Positions 47,084 to 60,900 of a DNA stretch of 64,000 nucleotides are shown piece after piece (positions within the stretch are counted from its first letter, which is position 1; each line of letters starts with the position of its first letter). A program made the position numbers and the translations under genes. Source of the DNA: Selaginella moellendorffii (lineage: Eukaryota > Plantae > Lycopodiophyta); the NCBI RefSeq assembly GCF_000143415.4, contig NW_003314335.1, positions 588,113 to 652,112 of the forward strand. Direction: 5' to 3'. Below the pieces are notes generated by a model. It saw only the letters and a list, made by a program, of their open reading frames with translations, was not told the DNA's origin and made no database searches.

Positions 47084-48082
47084 ATGGGTAGTGAAAGACT
47101 GGCAGGGAAGCGGCCTCCTCCGACTCCTCAGGCTGCGCAGAGGAGGAAGCTTGCGAATATCACGAATTTACAGTTCGTTGAAGAGAATCCTGTCAAAGTC
47201 GAGCTCCAACAGGTAGGCTGTGTGGGTGTGCTCAAAGGGAATAAAAAAATTCATGGGATGTTCTTGGCAGGACGTGGCGAAATTAAAGAGCCAAGTCGAA
47301 GCGCAGGCTGCTCACATCGAGAAGCTCGAGCTAGCTTTGGAGCAAAAGTCCGCCCAGAACGAGGAAATTATACAGCACTACTATCGGCAGTACAAGGTGA
47401 GGATTTCTTTCTTTCTCGCTCCTTTGTGTTCTATGCGATGAGTTTGTGTTCTAAGATTTTCTTTTTCTGTTTCCTTGACACAGGAGCTAGAGCAAGCACG
47501 ACAAGAGGTTTGTTTGTCACACAAGCTCGAGATCCCAGAGACTAACTTTTGATTGTTTTGATAGATGAAACTCTTACAGCACGAGTACACACAAATGTGT
47601 AGCGTGTATAGGATAAGCAAGAGCGAACTCCAGGTACTCAAACACTCGTTTTTCTCTTCTTTCATAGCCCATCTTGCGAAACGAGCGTACTCGCCTTGCT
47701 TCAGAGCCAACTCGAGGAAGCCAACGAGCAAATCAGGCGGCTCACTGAGAAAGAAAACCAGCCTCAACGAAAGAAGTCCAAGTCGCCACTGCCACCGCCG
47801 CCGAGCATGCAAGCCAAGCCGACGAGAAAACGCAGATCCACCAGAGTGGTTTCCACCAAAGTCCAGAGCTACTGCCCGGCTTCGATCAAAGTGGAGGAGG
47901 AGCCGGAGCTGCCAGAGTTCGTCACGTCTCGAGCGTCTTCTCCCGGGGTAGTGATCAAAACCGAGAATTTTGTGAGAGCGCGGGCCGTGAGCACTTCCGG
48001 GAGGCCCGTGAGAAGAGCCGTGGAGACCGTGTCCTCGTACAAGGAGCCACCTCTCAACACGAAAATGCGAAGGCCCGGATAG
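47084..48082 (+). CDS. SGO1: Shugoshin
   Basis: RRKLANITN motif, coiled coil and C-terminal SGO motif GRPVRRAVETVSSYKEPPLNTKMRRP. Confidence 0.88.
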
Positions 48083-48138
48083 CTCGAGAAGAAGGTACTC
48101 CTCGCCTTGTACTCTAGATACTTACTTGCTCTATTCCA

Positions 48139-50380
48139 TCATCTCGGAGAAGCTAACAGCTTGGCCAGTTCGTCCACCGGTAAAACTCCCACAGACGGCT
48201 CGGGAGGAGGCAAAGGCTCCGCCAGCCTCTTCTGGAGTAGAAGTTCCTCGCGTCTCTTGTTGCGGTCCTCCACCTCGAACACTTTCGGCTCGTCCTCTTC
48301 GTCCTCGGGCCGGGGCACGCGTTTCACCGGCGGCGGAGCTCCACAAAGTGACTTAACAGTGTCGGGATCCAACTGGTTGTCCTCCAGAGTGGTCACCATC
48401 CCGAAGTTTATAGCTCGCTCCCACAAGTTCTCGAGTTCCTTGGCAGCTTGTAGCAAGGCCGGATCCACTTGGTTGGGTTCTTCCGACGCGTCGCTGTTTT
48501 CCTTCCCCTCGAAAACACTCTGCCGGATGAAATCCTGCGTGGCTTGCTCGCCCTCGGTGAGTTTTGCAGGGCCTCTCCACATGAGGACGCAGTTGTCTTC
48601 GAAAGATAGAAGGACGATTCCCAAGAGCTCCTGGAGTGATTGATTGTAAACACGAAAGTTTGTATGAAAATCTAACTAAGTTGGAGGAGTACGTACCTTG
48701 AGCTTGGCTCCGATCTTTCTTACATCGGCGATGTTCATGCCTCGGCAGTCGAGCTTCACTAGCTCGTCCACTTCGAATGCGGACTTAACTTCGTTCACGA
48801 GATGCAAGTAAACACCGTTTCTAGCTGCACAGCAAGTTAGTCGAGTGGTCTGTGAGTTCTAGGTGCTACAAACTTACATAGCTTAGTGAGTGGTTTCACT
48901 CGTCGGCCCCGTCGTCGCAAGTAGTCGGCGTGCTCCACGCTCAAACCCGCCGGAGCCTGCTGGATAAGTCGCGGATAGATCGGCACTGGAGGCTTCCACA
49001 TCATGAGAGGAATCTCAGGCCGGTATCTTGGGTTGTAGTTGCGTCCTCGAAACAAATAGATCGATCCACCATGCCGCTGGATGATCTTACCGCCAGTCTT
49101 GTCCTGAAAAACCAGACTCCATCATACAAGAGAAGAGAAAGAGAACAAAAATTCTTCAAGCTAACCTCTATGTGAAAGCACACATTGTCCATGTCGATGG
49201 TTGGAACTCCCTTGCACCGGAGCTTGATAACTCGTCTGCGTTTCCAGTGGCAGTGGATCAAATCCAGCATATTGTGCGTTAGCCCGTCCCTGCCTGAGCT
49301 GATTGATCGCTGTCAGCTCGAGAAAAACACAAGAAACGAAGAGAAAAAAGAGAAAGACTTACCAATATTAACTTGCCGATGCTCCTTGTTGCACGCTAGA
49401 ACAAGGTCTCCAATCTCATCCGGAGTGAGAGGCTCTCCCATCACCTCCTCTCGAGTGGTCGCCAGGATTGGACGCTGTCCTTCCAGAAACGGACCCGCCG
49501 GCTCGACCGGCTTCACGCCTTTGAGATTCGGAGGCGGCGGATTGAAAGAGTCGATCTCGTGTCGCTTCTTCTTGCTGGGAGGCAGCGGCTTTCTTCCAGT
49601 CCACGGCCTCGGCATCGTGTCGGGACCGAAAGGAGAGAACTGCGGGCCTCGCTCGGCGATAGGTTCTTCCTTTGGCATCTCCGAGTATGTGTACTGGAAC
49701 TCGAAAGGAAGCTCGTAAACCGGCCGCTCTTCCGCGGGCTCACTGCGAATCCACCGAGTAGCAAAGCCTTGCTGGAGCCGGTTTGGATACTTTGGCACTG
49801 GCAGCTCGAGATGTTCTCGTGGCAAAGGTGGCGGCCTCACTCGACGAGCAGAGCTTGCCTGTTCTAGGTGTTTCCTCGACCAATTGGGAAGATTTGATCC
49901 TTCTGGAAACTGGAGAGATGGAGCAGGAGGAGGAGACGGGGAAGCGTCCAATCCTTGCGAAGAGCTCTCACTCGGTTGCGAAGAACTGGAGTAGCCTCTG
50001 GAAGCCGGCGGTAAGATTGGCCGAGGAGGCCGCTTTGTAGGACTGGATATCTTCCGGAAGGGCTCGTTCTTGGAGTACTTGGAATATCTCCCTGGAATGG
50101 AGGGCCGTGACGCGACGGAGCGCGAGCCCGCCGATCGAAATCCATCATCCGGATGGAATTCCTGCCCCTGCTGCGGTCCTAGATCCCGTGCTCTGTCCGA
50201 GAACATCGAGTAGCGTTGCGGATTGCTGCCATTGTCATCGCTGGCGCCCGCATTGTACTGCTGGATCGATGCCGCGCACGCGCAGCACGATTTCTTGGGG
50301 ATTGCCTCGTACCTGAGAGCCCTGGGGAGGAAGAAGCGCCTGGCGGGGATCACAGCGCTCAGCGCCATGCTACATTCCAT
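48139..50380 (-). CDS. CAF1: CRS2-associated factor (CRM-domain chloroplast splicing factor, CAF1/CAF2)
   Basis: [63 protein letters not shown]. Confidence 0.9.
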
Positions 50381-50601
50381 AAACCCTAGCTAGCATCTTC
50401 GCCATCAAACGGCCGAGATTCACGGTACCTATTTTCTAGGGCTCTTTAGGGTTTTTGGGAACTCTCCCAGGGATGGAGGAGGCCGCGGCGATGGCGCAAT
50501 GGGGCCGCTGGGCGATCGGGAGGTAAGCAAGGGTAGCGGCGCCAGGAGCTGCAATGAGAGCGTGAGGAGGAAATCTGGATTTTGGGAGAGATTTCGGGGG
50601 A

Positions 50602-53375
50602 ATGGACAAGGGAAACGCGTCGTGGGAGCAAGTCCACAGGATCTTGTTCCCGGGAGGGCCAGTTCCAGTGTCGCTGCTGGATGCTAGCAGCCATCCCCAT
50701 TCCGGCGCAGGGCTCCTGGGGCCGCCCCCAGGGATGAAGAGTCCGTTTGAAATGCTACCGGATTTTGGGAATTCCTTGCAGGGCGGGCCGCCGCTAGCAC
50801 CGCCAAGGCCACCGCTCGCAGATCCCAGGCTCGTTACGAGAAGAGAAGACAGTCTCCATTTCTTCGCGATCCCTCCTCCGGTTCCAAGGGACCCGAAAAT
50901 GCTGCATCACATCAAACTCTTCGCGGCGTTTGTGGCCAAGTTCGGTGTGGAGAATGAGTCGCTGGTGCGAGCAAAGCAGCAGGGAAAATCAGAGTTCTCG
51001 TTCTTGTATGGCGGAGAGCCAGGGAGCGAGGCGAGTATTGGGCGTCACTACTACGAGTGGCAAAAGGAAGTGATGCTCAAAGTCTTGGAGGCCAGGAAAG
51101 CGGTGTCCGAGGGGAAGATACCTCCAGATCGTCTTAGATCGATGCAGCGGGAGCTGGAGCAGTGTTTGCAAGGCGTGCAAACTCTAAGAGGTACTCAAAT
51201 GTCAAAGTTTTACATTTAGCTTAGATTCTTGGTAGTTACAACGAATGCCTCCTTGCACAGTGCATTCAGCAATGTGAATGTGTTTTTTCTTTCCTGTCTG
51301 CTTATTCCTAGAATGGTTTTCTCATGGTAAGTTCGATTGTTTTGCTGGAATCTCATTGTACGTGGATTCCGCTGATTCCTAGAATGGTTCTCTCATGGTA
51401 TGTGCTATTGTTTTGCTGGAATTTTGTTGTACGTGGTTTCCAATTCCTATGGTTTCTGTTGCTATAATCTCATTGTACGTGGTTCCCTTTTTTGGCACAG
51501 ATTTTCGTCTCGAGGCAATCATTGGCTTACCAGAAAATGGTAAGCTTGACTGGCAAAAGATTGCACTAGAAGTTGGCGTGCCACTTCCGGGAGAGAGACG
51601 GCCATCTTTCGCCGAGCCGTCTGAGAAGGATAAGATGGCTCCGAAGCCTCAGATGGCGAAGCCAGTTATGGATGCTCCTACTGACCCCAGGCGAAACGTG
51701 AAAACGGACCGTACTCGCGGTGGAGCTGGACGGAGGGACGAGAAAGAAGCCAAGGAGGAATTTCCCAGTCCAGGCAACCGAAGAAGAAGACGAAGTAGAA
51801 GCAGGTCTCCCGAAAGAGATAGACACCGGCCACGAAGTCCATCACACAGAAACCATTCACCCCGACGCCGTGGAAGATCTCACAGGTCAGCTCCGGCAGC
51901 TTTTCTCCCTTCGTTCTCCTCTTCGTTTTATAAAACAGTGCTTGTTCTTCTTTCGTGCTTTGTTGCCTCACCAAAGTCTGATCTAGCAAAGTTTTCTTTA
52001 TTTTCTTTGCTCCAGCCGCTCGCCAAGACGGAGGGAGCGATTTCAATCTAAACGCGACGCTGACGAGAGAAAAGATGACAGTAACAACAACAAACTCACT
52101 CACCACCATCACCAGCCGGGCCAGAGCTTGCAGCAGCAGCCGGAGCCGTTGCCTTTGGAAGCGTTACCGTTCGCAAGCCAGCACGTCGGTCACATTCTAG
52201 CTCCCCCGCCTCAGCCGCCAGCAAACTTGGAGCATCCACCGGGATTTGCAGTGGCAGCGGACAACACCACTTTTGCTAGATATATCACTGCTCCTCTGAT
52301 GCACGACTCGCAGCAAGGTCCACCGCTTCCACCGCAGCAGCAGCAGCACCATTTTGCAAGCATCTCTCAGGATCCAGGACTGCCGAGAGTTCCTGGCAGT
52401 TACCCCCAAGTTGGTGCGGCATTTGCACCCGCTTTGTCTGAAATACCAGCTCAACAGCAGCAATTTTTACTCCAGCAGTTGCAATTGTCTCACATCCAAA
52501 GCCAGCTGAGCAACGGGCCGCTGGGACCGCAACCGCCACCTCCGCCGCCGCCGCCTTGGTCCTCTGGTGGCGAAGTTTTGCCGCTCGAAGTCCACGCTCC
52601 TCCTCCGCAGCACTTTGTGGGACTTGTTGGTGGGCAGCCTCCTCCTCCTCCGCCACCCTCGGCTCCAGTTCCAGCGATTTTTCTCCGGCAGCAACCGGGT
52701 GTTTCAGCTGAAAAGTATGATCCGCTACAGCCAACTTCGTCGTCGAACGACGTGGAGATGGAAGTGGAGGGCGGCTCTTCTCCGAAAGCAGCAGCGGCGG
52801 TGGCTGTGGCGGCAGACGAGGAGCCGGAGGTTGTGAATTCCAAGCTCGAAGTTGCGGAGGCGGGCTCCAAGAGGTCTTCCGAGGCTGCCGCAACCAGCAA
52901 GGAGAAGGATCACAAGGAGAAGGATCACCACAAGGAGGAAGACGGCGACGAGGATGGAGAGCGCTTGCAAAAGGAGAGGAGCGAGAAGGATGGGCGAGCT
53001 CTCAAGGTGGTGAGGAACACAGTCGCGGAGTTCGTCAAGGAGCTGCTCAATCCAAAGTGGAGGGATGGAGTTCTCAGCAAGGACGACTTCAAGGTGATCG
53101 CGCAAAAGGCCGTGAACAAAGTGGTGGGGAACTTGCAAGGCTCGCAGATCCCCAAAGGCACCGAGCGAGTGGATCGATTCATGGCTTCGTCCAAGGACAA
53201 GATCGTCAAGCTCGTCCAGGTATGAAAGAAAACTCTTTTTTCCTCACTCTCTCGATCGATTATCCTCAGCCATGGTTTGTCAATCCAGGAATACGTCGAG
53301 AAGCACACGAAAAACGCTCCAGCTCCATCCTCCACTGCCGCTACCGCCGAGGAAGACAATGGTGCTGCGTCATAG
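50602..53375 (+). CDS. SURP-domain, RS/Pro-rich protein with C-terminal SRI-like domain
   Basis: SURP: HIKLFAAFVAKFG..FSFLYGGEPGSEA..YYEW. C-terminus: VAEFVKELLNPKWRDGVLSKDDFKVIAQKAVNKV..KLVQEYVEK. Internal exon structure uncertain. Confidence 0.72.
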
Positions 53376-53864
53376 CAAGAACTTCGCAAGAACTTCAAAG
53401 GAAAAAGCTCGAGGAGTGCTGCGACATCCCCTCGAGAGGGCGATGGATGATCCAACTCACTCTTATTGACAGACATAGGACTAAAATCTTCTTAAAATGT
53501 AAAAAACTCCTCTGTCCCATACTTTGATCAAAGGTTGATATATGTATGACATTAGCAAAGGGTCTAGACATTGGATAAAATTCAGGACAAATCGCTGGCC
53601 GTTGGATAGGGCGGATCCAACGGCTTGTGGAAACCCTTTTACGAGCTCTCGAGCTCCTCCTCGAGCTTCCAGGAAATCGCGAGGCGAGGGATCACTCTTA
53701 GGGCGGCGGAATCGGTGACCGGAAGCGACGCATCCCTGGTAGCAGCAGCACGAATTTAATGCGGATTGGAGGTATTTAGGCGCGGATCATGGATTCTAGG
53801 ACGCGGATTTGGATTTAGGGGTTGGAGTTTTGGCGATCGCGGTGTTTTGATCGCTTGGCGGTCC

Positions 53865-55941
53865 ATGGATTCTGGAAATCGCGACGATCGCCTCGGCGAG
53901 CCGCAGATTGTGAATGGATTCCGGTGAGCTCGTGTTGACAACAAAATATTGTTGTTCGCTTCTCATTGGTTTTATTTGTTCTTTGCCTTTTCTTATCTAA
54001 TGTTTGTCTAACGCTCAGGCCGCATTGCGCGAAAGCGATGAACGAAGCAAACGGTGAGATGGAAATGAGAACAATCTCGCTCGATGAGGAGGTGCGTAGC
54101 TTGCTATCTTTTTCTTTTTCCTAGAGATTGTTTGATCTCCCTCTGTGTTTTTTTTTCTTTCAGCTTGGGACCGAGAAGATCGAAAAGAAGCGATTGATTT
54201 CCGAGGTCTCCGAGCACTGTGAGCTGGACTTGACTTACGCACAGAGGCGACGGCCGTGGTACAAGCATTTTGCAAGGGGCGCGAAGGAAGTTTTGCTGGG
54301 AAGCAAGCTTTGCTGCCTCCTGCCTTTGGTGCCGATATCGATCGTTCTAGCAAACTTGAAGTCTGGAATGGTACGTTACTCCTCTCTCTCTCTCTCTTTG
54401 TTTTGTTTGCAACTTCTTCGTACGCTTATGTTATTGTTTCTTGTGAAGGGCTGGGTGTTCTTGATCAGCTTACTCGGCATCGCACCTCTTGCCGAGCGCT
54501 TGGGCTTTGTCACGGAGCAACTGGCATTTCACACCAGCTCCACGGGTAATAAATTATACCCTTTTCTCGATCACAAAGAGAGTGAATGGTCCTTTTTGTT
54601 TCTCTTGCAGTCGGTGGCCTTCTGAATGCGACGTTTGGAAATGCCACCGAGATGATTATCTCTATCTTCGCTCTGCGGAATGGCATGATCCGCGTGGTTC
54701 AGCTGTCGCTACTGGGATCTATCCTCTCGAATATGTTACTTGTTCTCGGATGCGCCTTCTTCATGGGTGGTCTCGCTTTTCCTCACAAGGATCAGAGATT
54801 CAACAAGGTGACGTTTGCGTTTTCTTTTTTTCTTTGTACGTAAAGCTTGCGATTTGTCGTTGTTGGCAGGCTTCTGCGGTGGTGAGTTCCGGATTGCTTC
54901 TCATGGCAGTTTTGGGACTGCTTTTCCCTGCCGTTCTTCACTCCACGCACACAGAGCTTCATGATGGTAAATCTGAGCTGAGCCTTTCCAGGTTCACTAG
55001 CTGCATCATGCTCATGGCTTACGCATCGTACCTTTTCTTCCAATTAAAAAGCCACAGAAAGCTTTATGAGAACGAACAAGTAAGTTCTAGTTTTCTTACT
55101 TTGATCTGATTTATATGATACATTGCAGGAAACGGGAGATAATGAATCCGAGGCGGAGGAGTCCGTGATGGGCTTTTGGGAAGCAAATGGCTGGCTCGCC
55201 ATTTTGACCGTTTTTATCTCTGTTTTGTCGGAGTATCTCGTTGACGCAATCCAGGTGATTTTGATTATCTCTTTGATTCGTTCTCACTTCTCGCTTGGCT
55301 GCTCAGGGTGCCGCCGACAGTTGGAACATCCCTGTGGCTTTTATCAGCGTGATCATCTTGCCAATTGTTGGAAATGCGGCAGAGCATGCGAGCGCTATAA
55401 TGTTTGCTCTAAAAGACAAGCTGGTGCGTAAAAACAAGTGCTACTTTCTCTGGGCTTTCATCGTTACATATGCTAATCGTGCAGGATATTTCGTTGGGGG
55501 TAGCGATTGGCTCATCCACGCAAATATCAATGTTTGTGGTAAAATAGCACAGTTTTGTGGAACCATCTTTGGCGTTATTTGACTGACTTTGCTGGCTGCT
55601 CCAGATTCCCTTTTGCGTAGTAATGGGCTGGATAATGGGAAAGCCCATGGACTTGGACTTCCAGCTTTTTGAGACTGCTACCTTGTTCATCACCGTGCTA
55701 GTCGTCGCATTCATGCTACAGGTTTGATTCTTTTTCCAACTTCGTGCTGCAAGTATAAACACTTTAATTAATTCCAGGAGGGAACATCCAACTATTTCAA
55801 AGGATTGATGCTTTTGTTTTGCTACCTGATTGTGGCTGCCAGCTTCTTTGTTCATGTTGATCAACCTCAACATGGTAAGAAGTAGAACAAAGTCTATTTT
55901 TTCAGCCTTCTCACTCGTTAAACTTTCCAGGTAACACGTGA
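53865..55941 (+). CDS. CAX: Vacuolar cation/H+ exchanger (CAX family)
   Basis: [35 protein letters not shown] repeats; multi-exon. Confidence 0.95.
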
Positions 55942-56296
55942 TCATGCGCAATGTACAAATTTTACGCTAGGAGCTTACTCCTGAGCACTGTTTTTTGACC
56001 AAGCAAGCTAAAACGAGAGGTTTCTTTGGAGTTTGGCAACACAAAATAAGAATCGTCAAAAGAGAGGCTCAAAGAACAAGGCGTGAGAAAAGCTGCAATG
56101 TGGAGTTTATTTTCATTCGGCATTCACGCCAAGCAAAAGGTGTACGTACGCTTCTTTCTCTGTATTTTTATTTCTTCTTTGTTTCGATCTAAACTTGAGA
56201 GTCGGATGGATGAAAAAAATGCTGGGATGAATTTTACGGGGGGGATGAAGTGAGCAGCCATTACCAGTAGCGAGATCTCTCCATCAATCAATCGGA

Positions 56297-57342
<1,046 letters not shown>

Positions 57343-57991
57343 CAATCGAGCTCCAAAAGAGAAGTAATGCTTCCTAGTATTCACCTATTGACATTCAATC
57401 TATCAGAAAACCTGCCAGCATAAGAAACAGCGTTGCGTTTTTACCGATTTCGATCAATAGATCCACAAAAAGATAAAAGAAAAAGACAAAGAGAAAGAAA
57501 GGCTGGATCGTCACATACCAGAAGCGAAGGAATCGAGGCAGGAGAGCTCCACTCACAAATCGCCTGGAAAGCCAAGAAACCCGAAATTTGGCGTGAGAAA
57601 TACGAGAATGAGGTGAGCGCATTGCGATCCCAGCAAGAATGCCGCCAATGGCGAGGCGGCGGAGGCCGATCTGGAGAGATCTGAGAGGAATCTTACCGCG
57701 AAGCGCAGCGCGGAGCCGCCGTTGACACGCCAAAGCGAGCGCACGAGCGTGGATAGCGCGCGCCTGCCTCGCAACATAGACCAGGATCGTCCTCGCCAAA
57801 TCTCCTCTTCTCAATCTCTCTCTCTCTCTCTCCTCACACTACTGGGTCGAGAGAAGAGTGGTGAGAAGAAAATTTAGGGCATGGCAATACAAAACGGACC
57901 CCATTGTACGAAATCAAAGACAGCGTACGACAAATAAGCTTAAGTTAAACACTTGATTTGTGCTTAAGATAGATTATCTTTCTTTGTTTCT

Positions 57992-60900
57992 TTACGATGT
58001 GTATGTGATTATCCTGTCAGTGATGCTACTTCTGCACAACGGGCACTCGGAGCAAGCAACTGCGCAAGGCTTGCACACTGCAAGAAAAAAAAAGAAAGAG
58101 TGTAAGACGATCTAGAGTTTCTCCACGACGATTTGAGAGAGAGAGAGAGCGAAGAGAACGATCTGGGAAGATCTAGAAGAGAGTGAGAACTAAGACGGTG
58201 GAACGAACGATCTAGAAGACGGAGAGAGAGCTAAGACGATCTAACGAAGAGGACGATCCAGAAGAGAGAACTAAGACATTCTCACGAAGAGAAAGATCTG
58301 GAAGAGAGAGGGAGAGAGAACTAAGACGATCAAACGATGAGAAAGAGGATCTACGAACTCGTCACAGTGAGCTATAGTGTTAGAAGAGAGGGAGAGAACT
58401 AAGATGAGAAAGACGATTTAGAATAGAGAGATGGAACTTACGGCAGAAATGGCGACAAGGAAGAAGAACAGCTGCCGTGGGAGCCTCGAAGCAGATCTTA
58501 CAAACGTGGCTTCCTCTGTCCTCGTCGAAGATTTCGTCGATTGAAGCTGGAGCTGGAGCTGGATCGTTACTGCTCTCGCGCTCCTTTTCCTCTTGAATCC
58601 TCGTCTAGGGAAGAGAAAGTTAGCAGCGCGGTTTGATTGTAAATCCAACGAACGTACCTTTGTTTGGCACAGCTTTGTCAGCGCTTCTACATGAAGGTTT
58701 TGGAGATCCTCCAGCGCATCGATGTCTAGGCCTTCGAGGTTCTCGCTCTGGACAACACGATATATCACGTTAAGATGAAAGACAAAAGAAAGCAACTAAA
58801 CAAATGGTTTTCACCTTGAGCTGGGAGATGAATCGCTCCATCTCCGAGACGCGCTGTTTTTCATCCTTCAGATACACCTTTAGCTCCTTCAGTGTTCCCC
58901 ATTGCTCGGTCTCTTCGTTGATTGTCAGTTCACCATTCCCGTCCGTGTGACCGTTTTCAGTGGAGAACTTCCTGCCGGCCTCGGCTTCTTCTTTCTCCTT
59001 CTTTAGCTTCGCAACCAGAACCCACATATTCGCCAGGTCGCTCTCGAGAGACACTTCGCGCTGTCTTGATTCTTCGAGCTTCTTTTCCAGCTCTTGATAG
59101 TTCCGTGACGATTCTTTCGGGAGCAGCTCGCAGTCATCCAAAAGGATATCTTCGTCTGCACCTGGATTTCTACCCATCTTGTTGGCGTTTGCCTTTGAAA
59201 CAGTGGCCGTTCCTGTTCTGTAGACCGATGCTTCGGCTGCCGCCAACTCGCTCTTGAGCTTTGAGTTCTGAAGGGACAATTTCGTGACTTCATCCGCCAA
59301 GTGCTTCAGCTCCACAGCCGCTGCAGAGGCAAGCTCCTTGGCGTACGACGCTTCCTCATTGAGGTTCTGGTTCTCCAAGTAAAGGCCGTCTTTTACCTCT
59401 AAAAGATGAGTATAGTCTTTCTTTAGCTTTGTCAACTCAGCAGCCTGGAGTAAACATATTAGCGTGATAGAAAAATCCAGTAGAGCTACAAACCTGTTCC
59501 ATAAGCTCCGCACGAAGACTATCCAAGTCTGCTTCTCCATCCTTTGGGTAAGCCAAGTCAGAGTCTCCTGTCAAGTCCTCGGAAAGGCTTTCAGAATTTA
59601 GCCAAGTGGCTAAGTCATCTGCACCATTCTCAAGGAAACTCCTGCTCAGTTTCCGACTCTTTGGCTGAGAATATCTCTTTTCAAGTGATGCTTGGAGCTC
59701 TTGCCTCAAAGAGACAACCGTTTCTTGTAGCTCATTGATTTCGTTCGTCTGCATGTAGAAAATTACAACACTATTTGCAAAATTCACATTGCCATCACCT
59801 GGGATTGAAGCTGCTCCTGTAGTATCCGATTGTCGGCGGACTTTATCTGTAAATCATGAAAGAGTCAAGAAATATAGCTGATTGGTTTGCACATACCTCA
59901 AGCTCGAAAGCCTTCTCATGGAGCTGGCTGATCAACTTCGAAATGGTCTGCAAAACCAAATGCTTAGCAAAGAGAAAACTGAAGGTAATTCGTACCTGTG
60001 ACATTTCAAATCCAGAAGCATTTGTAGATGAAGCTTCAGCCGAACCAGCAATCCTTTTCTCAATAATGCTCATTTGCCGTCTTTTTTCATCAATTTCTTC
60101 TTTCAGCTTCCGCATTTGCATCTGTATGACAAGAAAAAGTAAAATAAACGACGAAACTTAATAGTCATTTAAAACTTACGTGAAGCTGGTCATCCTCAGG
60201 GTTGGTTACTGCTTGTTCAGACAACCTCTTGAGCGAACTACTGCAGAGGGCAACCTCTCCAGCAAGCATTTTCATTTGTTCCCGAAGAAGATCCATTTGA
60301 TCAGCCATTGTTGTTCCAGTCTACAAAAGCTTGTCAGCATTTGTGGTTGCAAACTTGAGAATTGGCATACCGGAGGGGGCCTTCGACCACGTACAGTGGC
60401 GCTAAAGAGTTCTCCTGCTTGCGTCGGTTCAGGAAAAGGATCAACGATGGGAGGCAGTTCGTCTGGTTTTCGACTGAATGACTTTCTACGTCTAGACTTA
60501 AAGTCCACTGGAGGTTCAAATGAAACTGATGATCCGCTTGGAGTATGCTCCTCGGGAACTGCATGCATACTCTCGTGTTTCTAAAACCAGAAAAGAAAAA
60601 GCTATTCCCAATGAAGTTATAATCACAAAGATCTTACCTTCAGTTGTTTAAACCATCCTAGCATTCCTCTTTTCTTGATCTTCTTTTCTTCTTTTGATGC
60701 ATCATCAGGATTACTACTGATGCAATTTCCATCTCCAGATATTTCTGACTCGGGCCCAACAGTAGTAGAATCATCCTCTTCCTCAGCAACTTCTCGTCTC
60801 TTATCTGGCAAGTACGCAAGCTAGCAAAAGACAATCGAATCAGAGGGAGATCACTGTTGAAATATAAAAATACCTCCTCTTCCCCAAAAGAATGTCTCCT

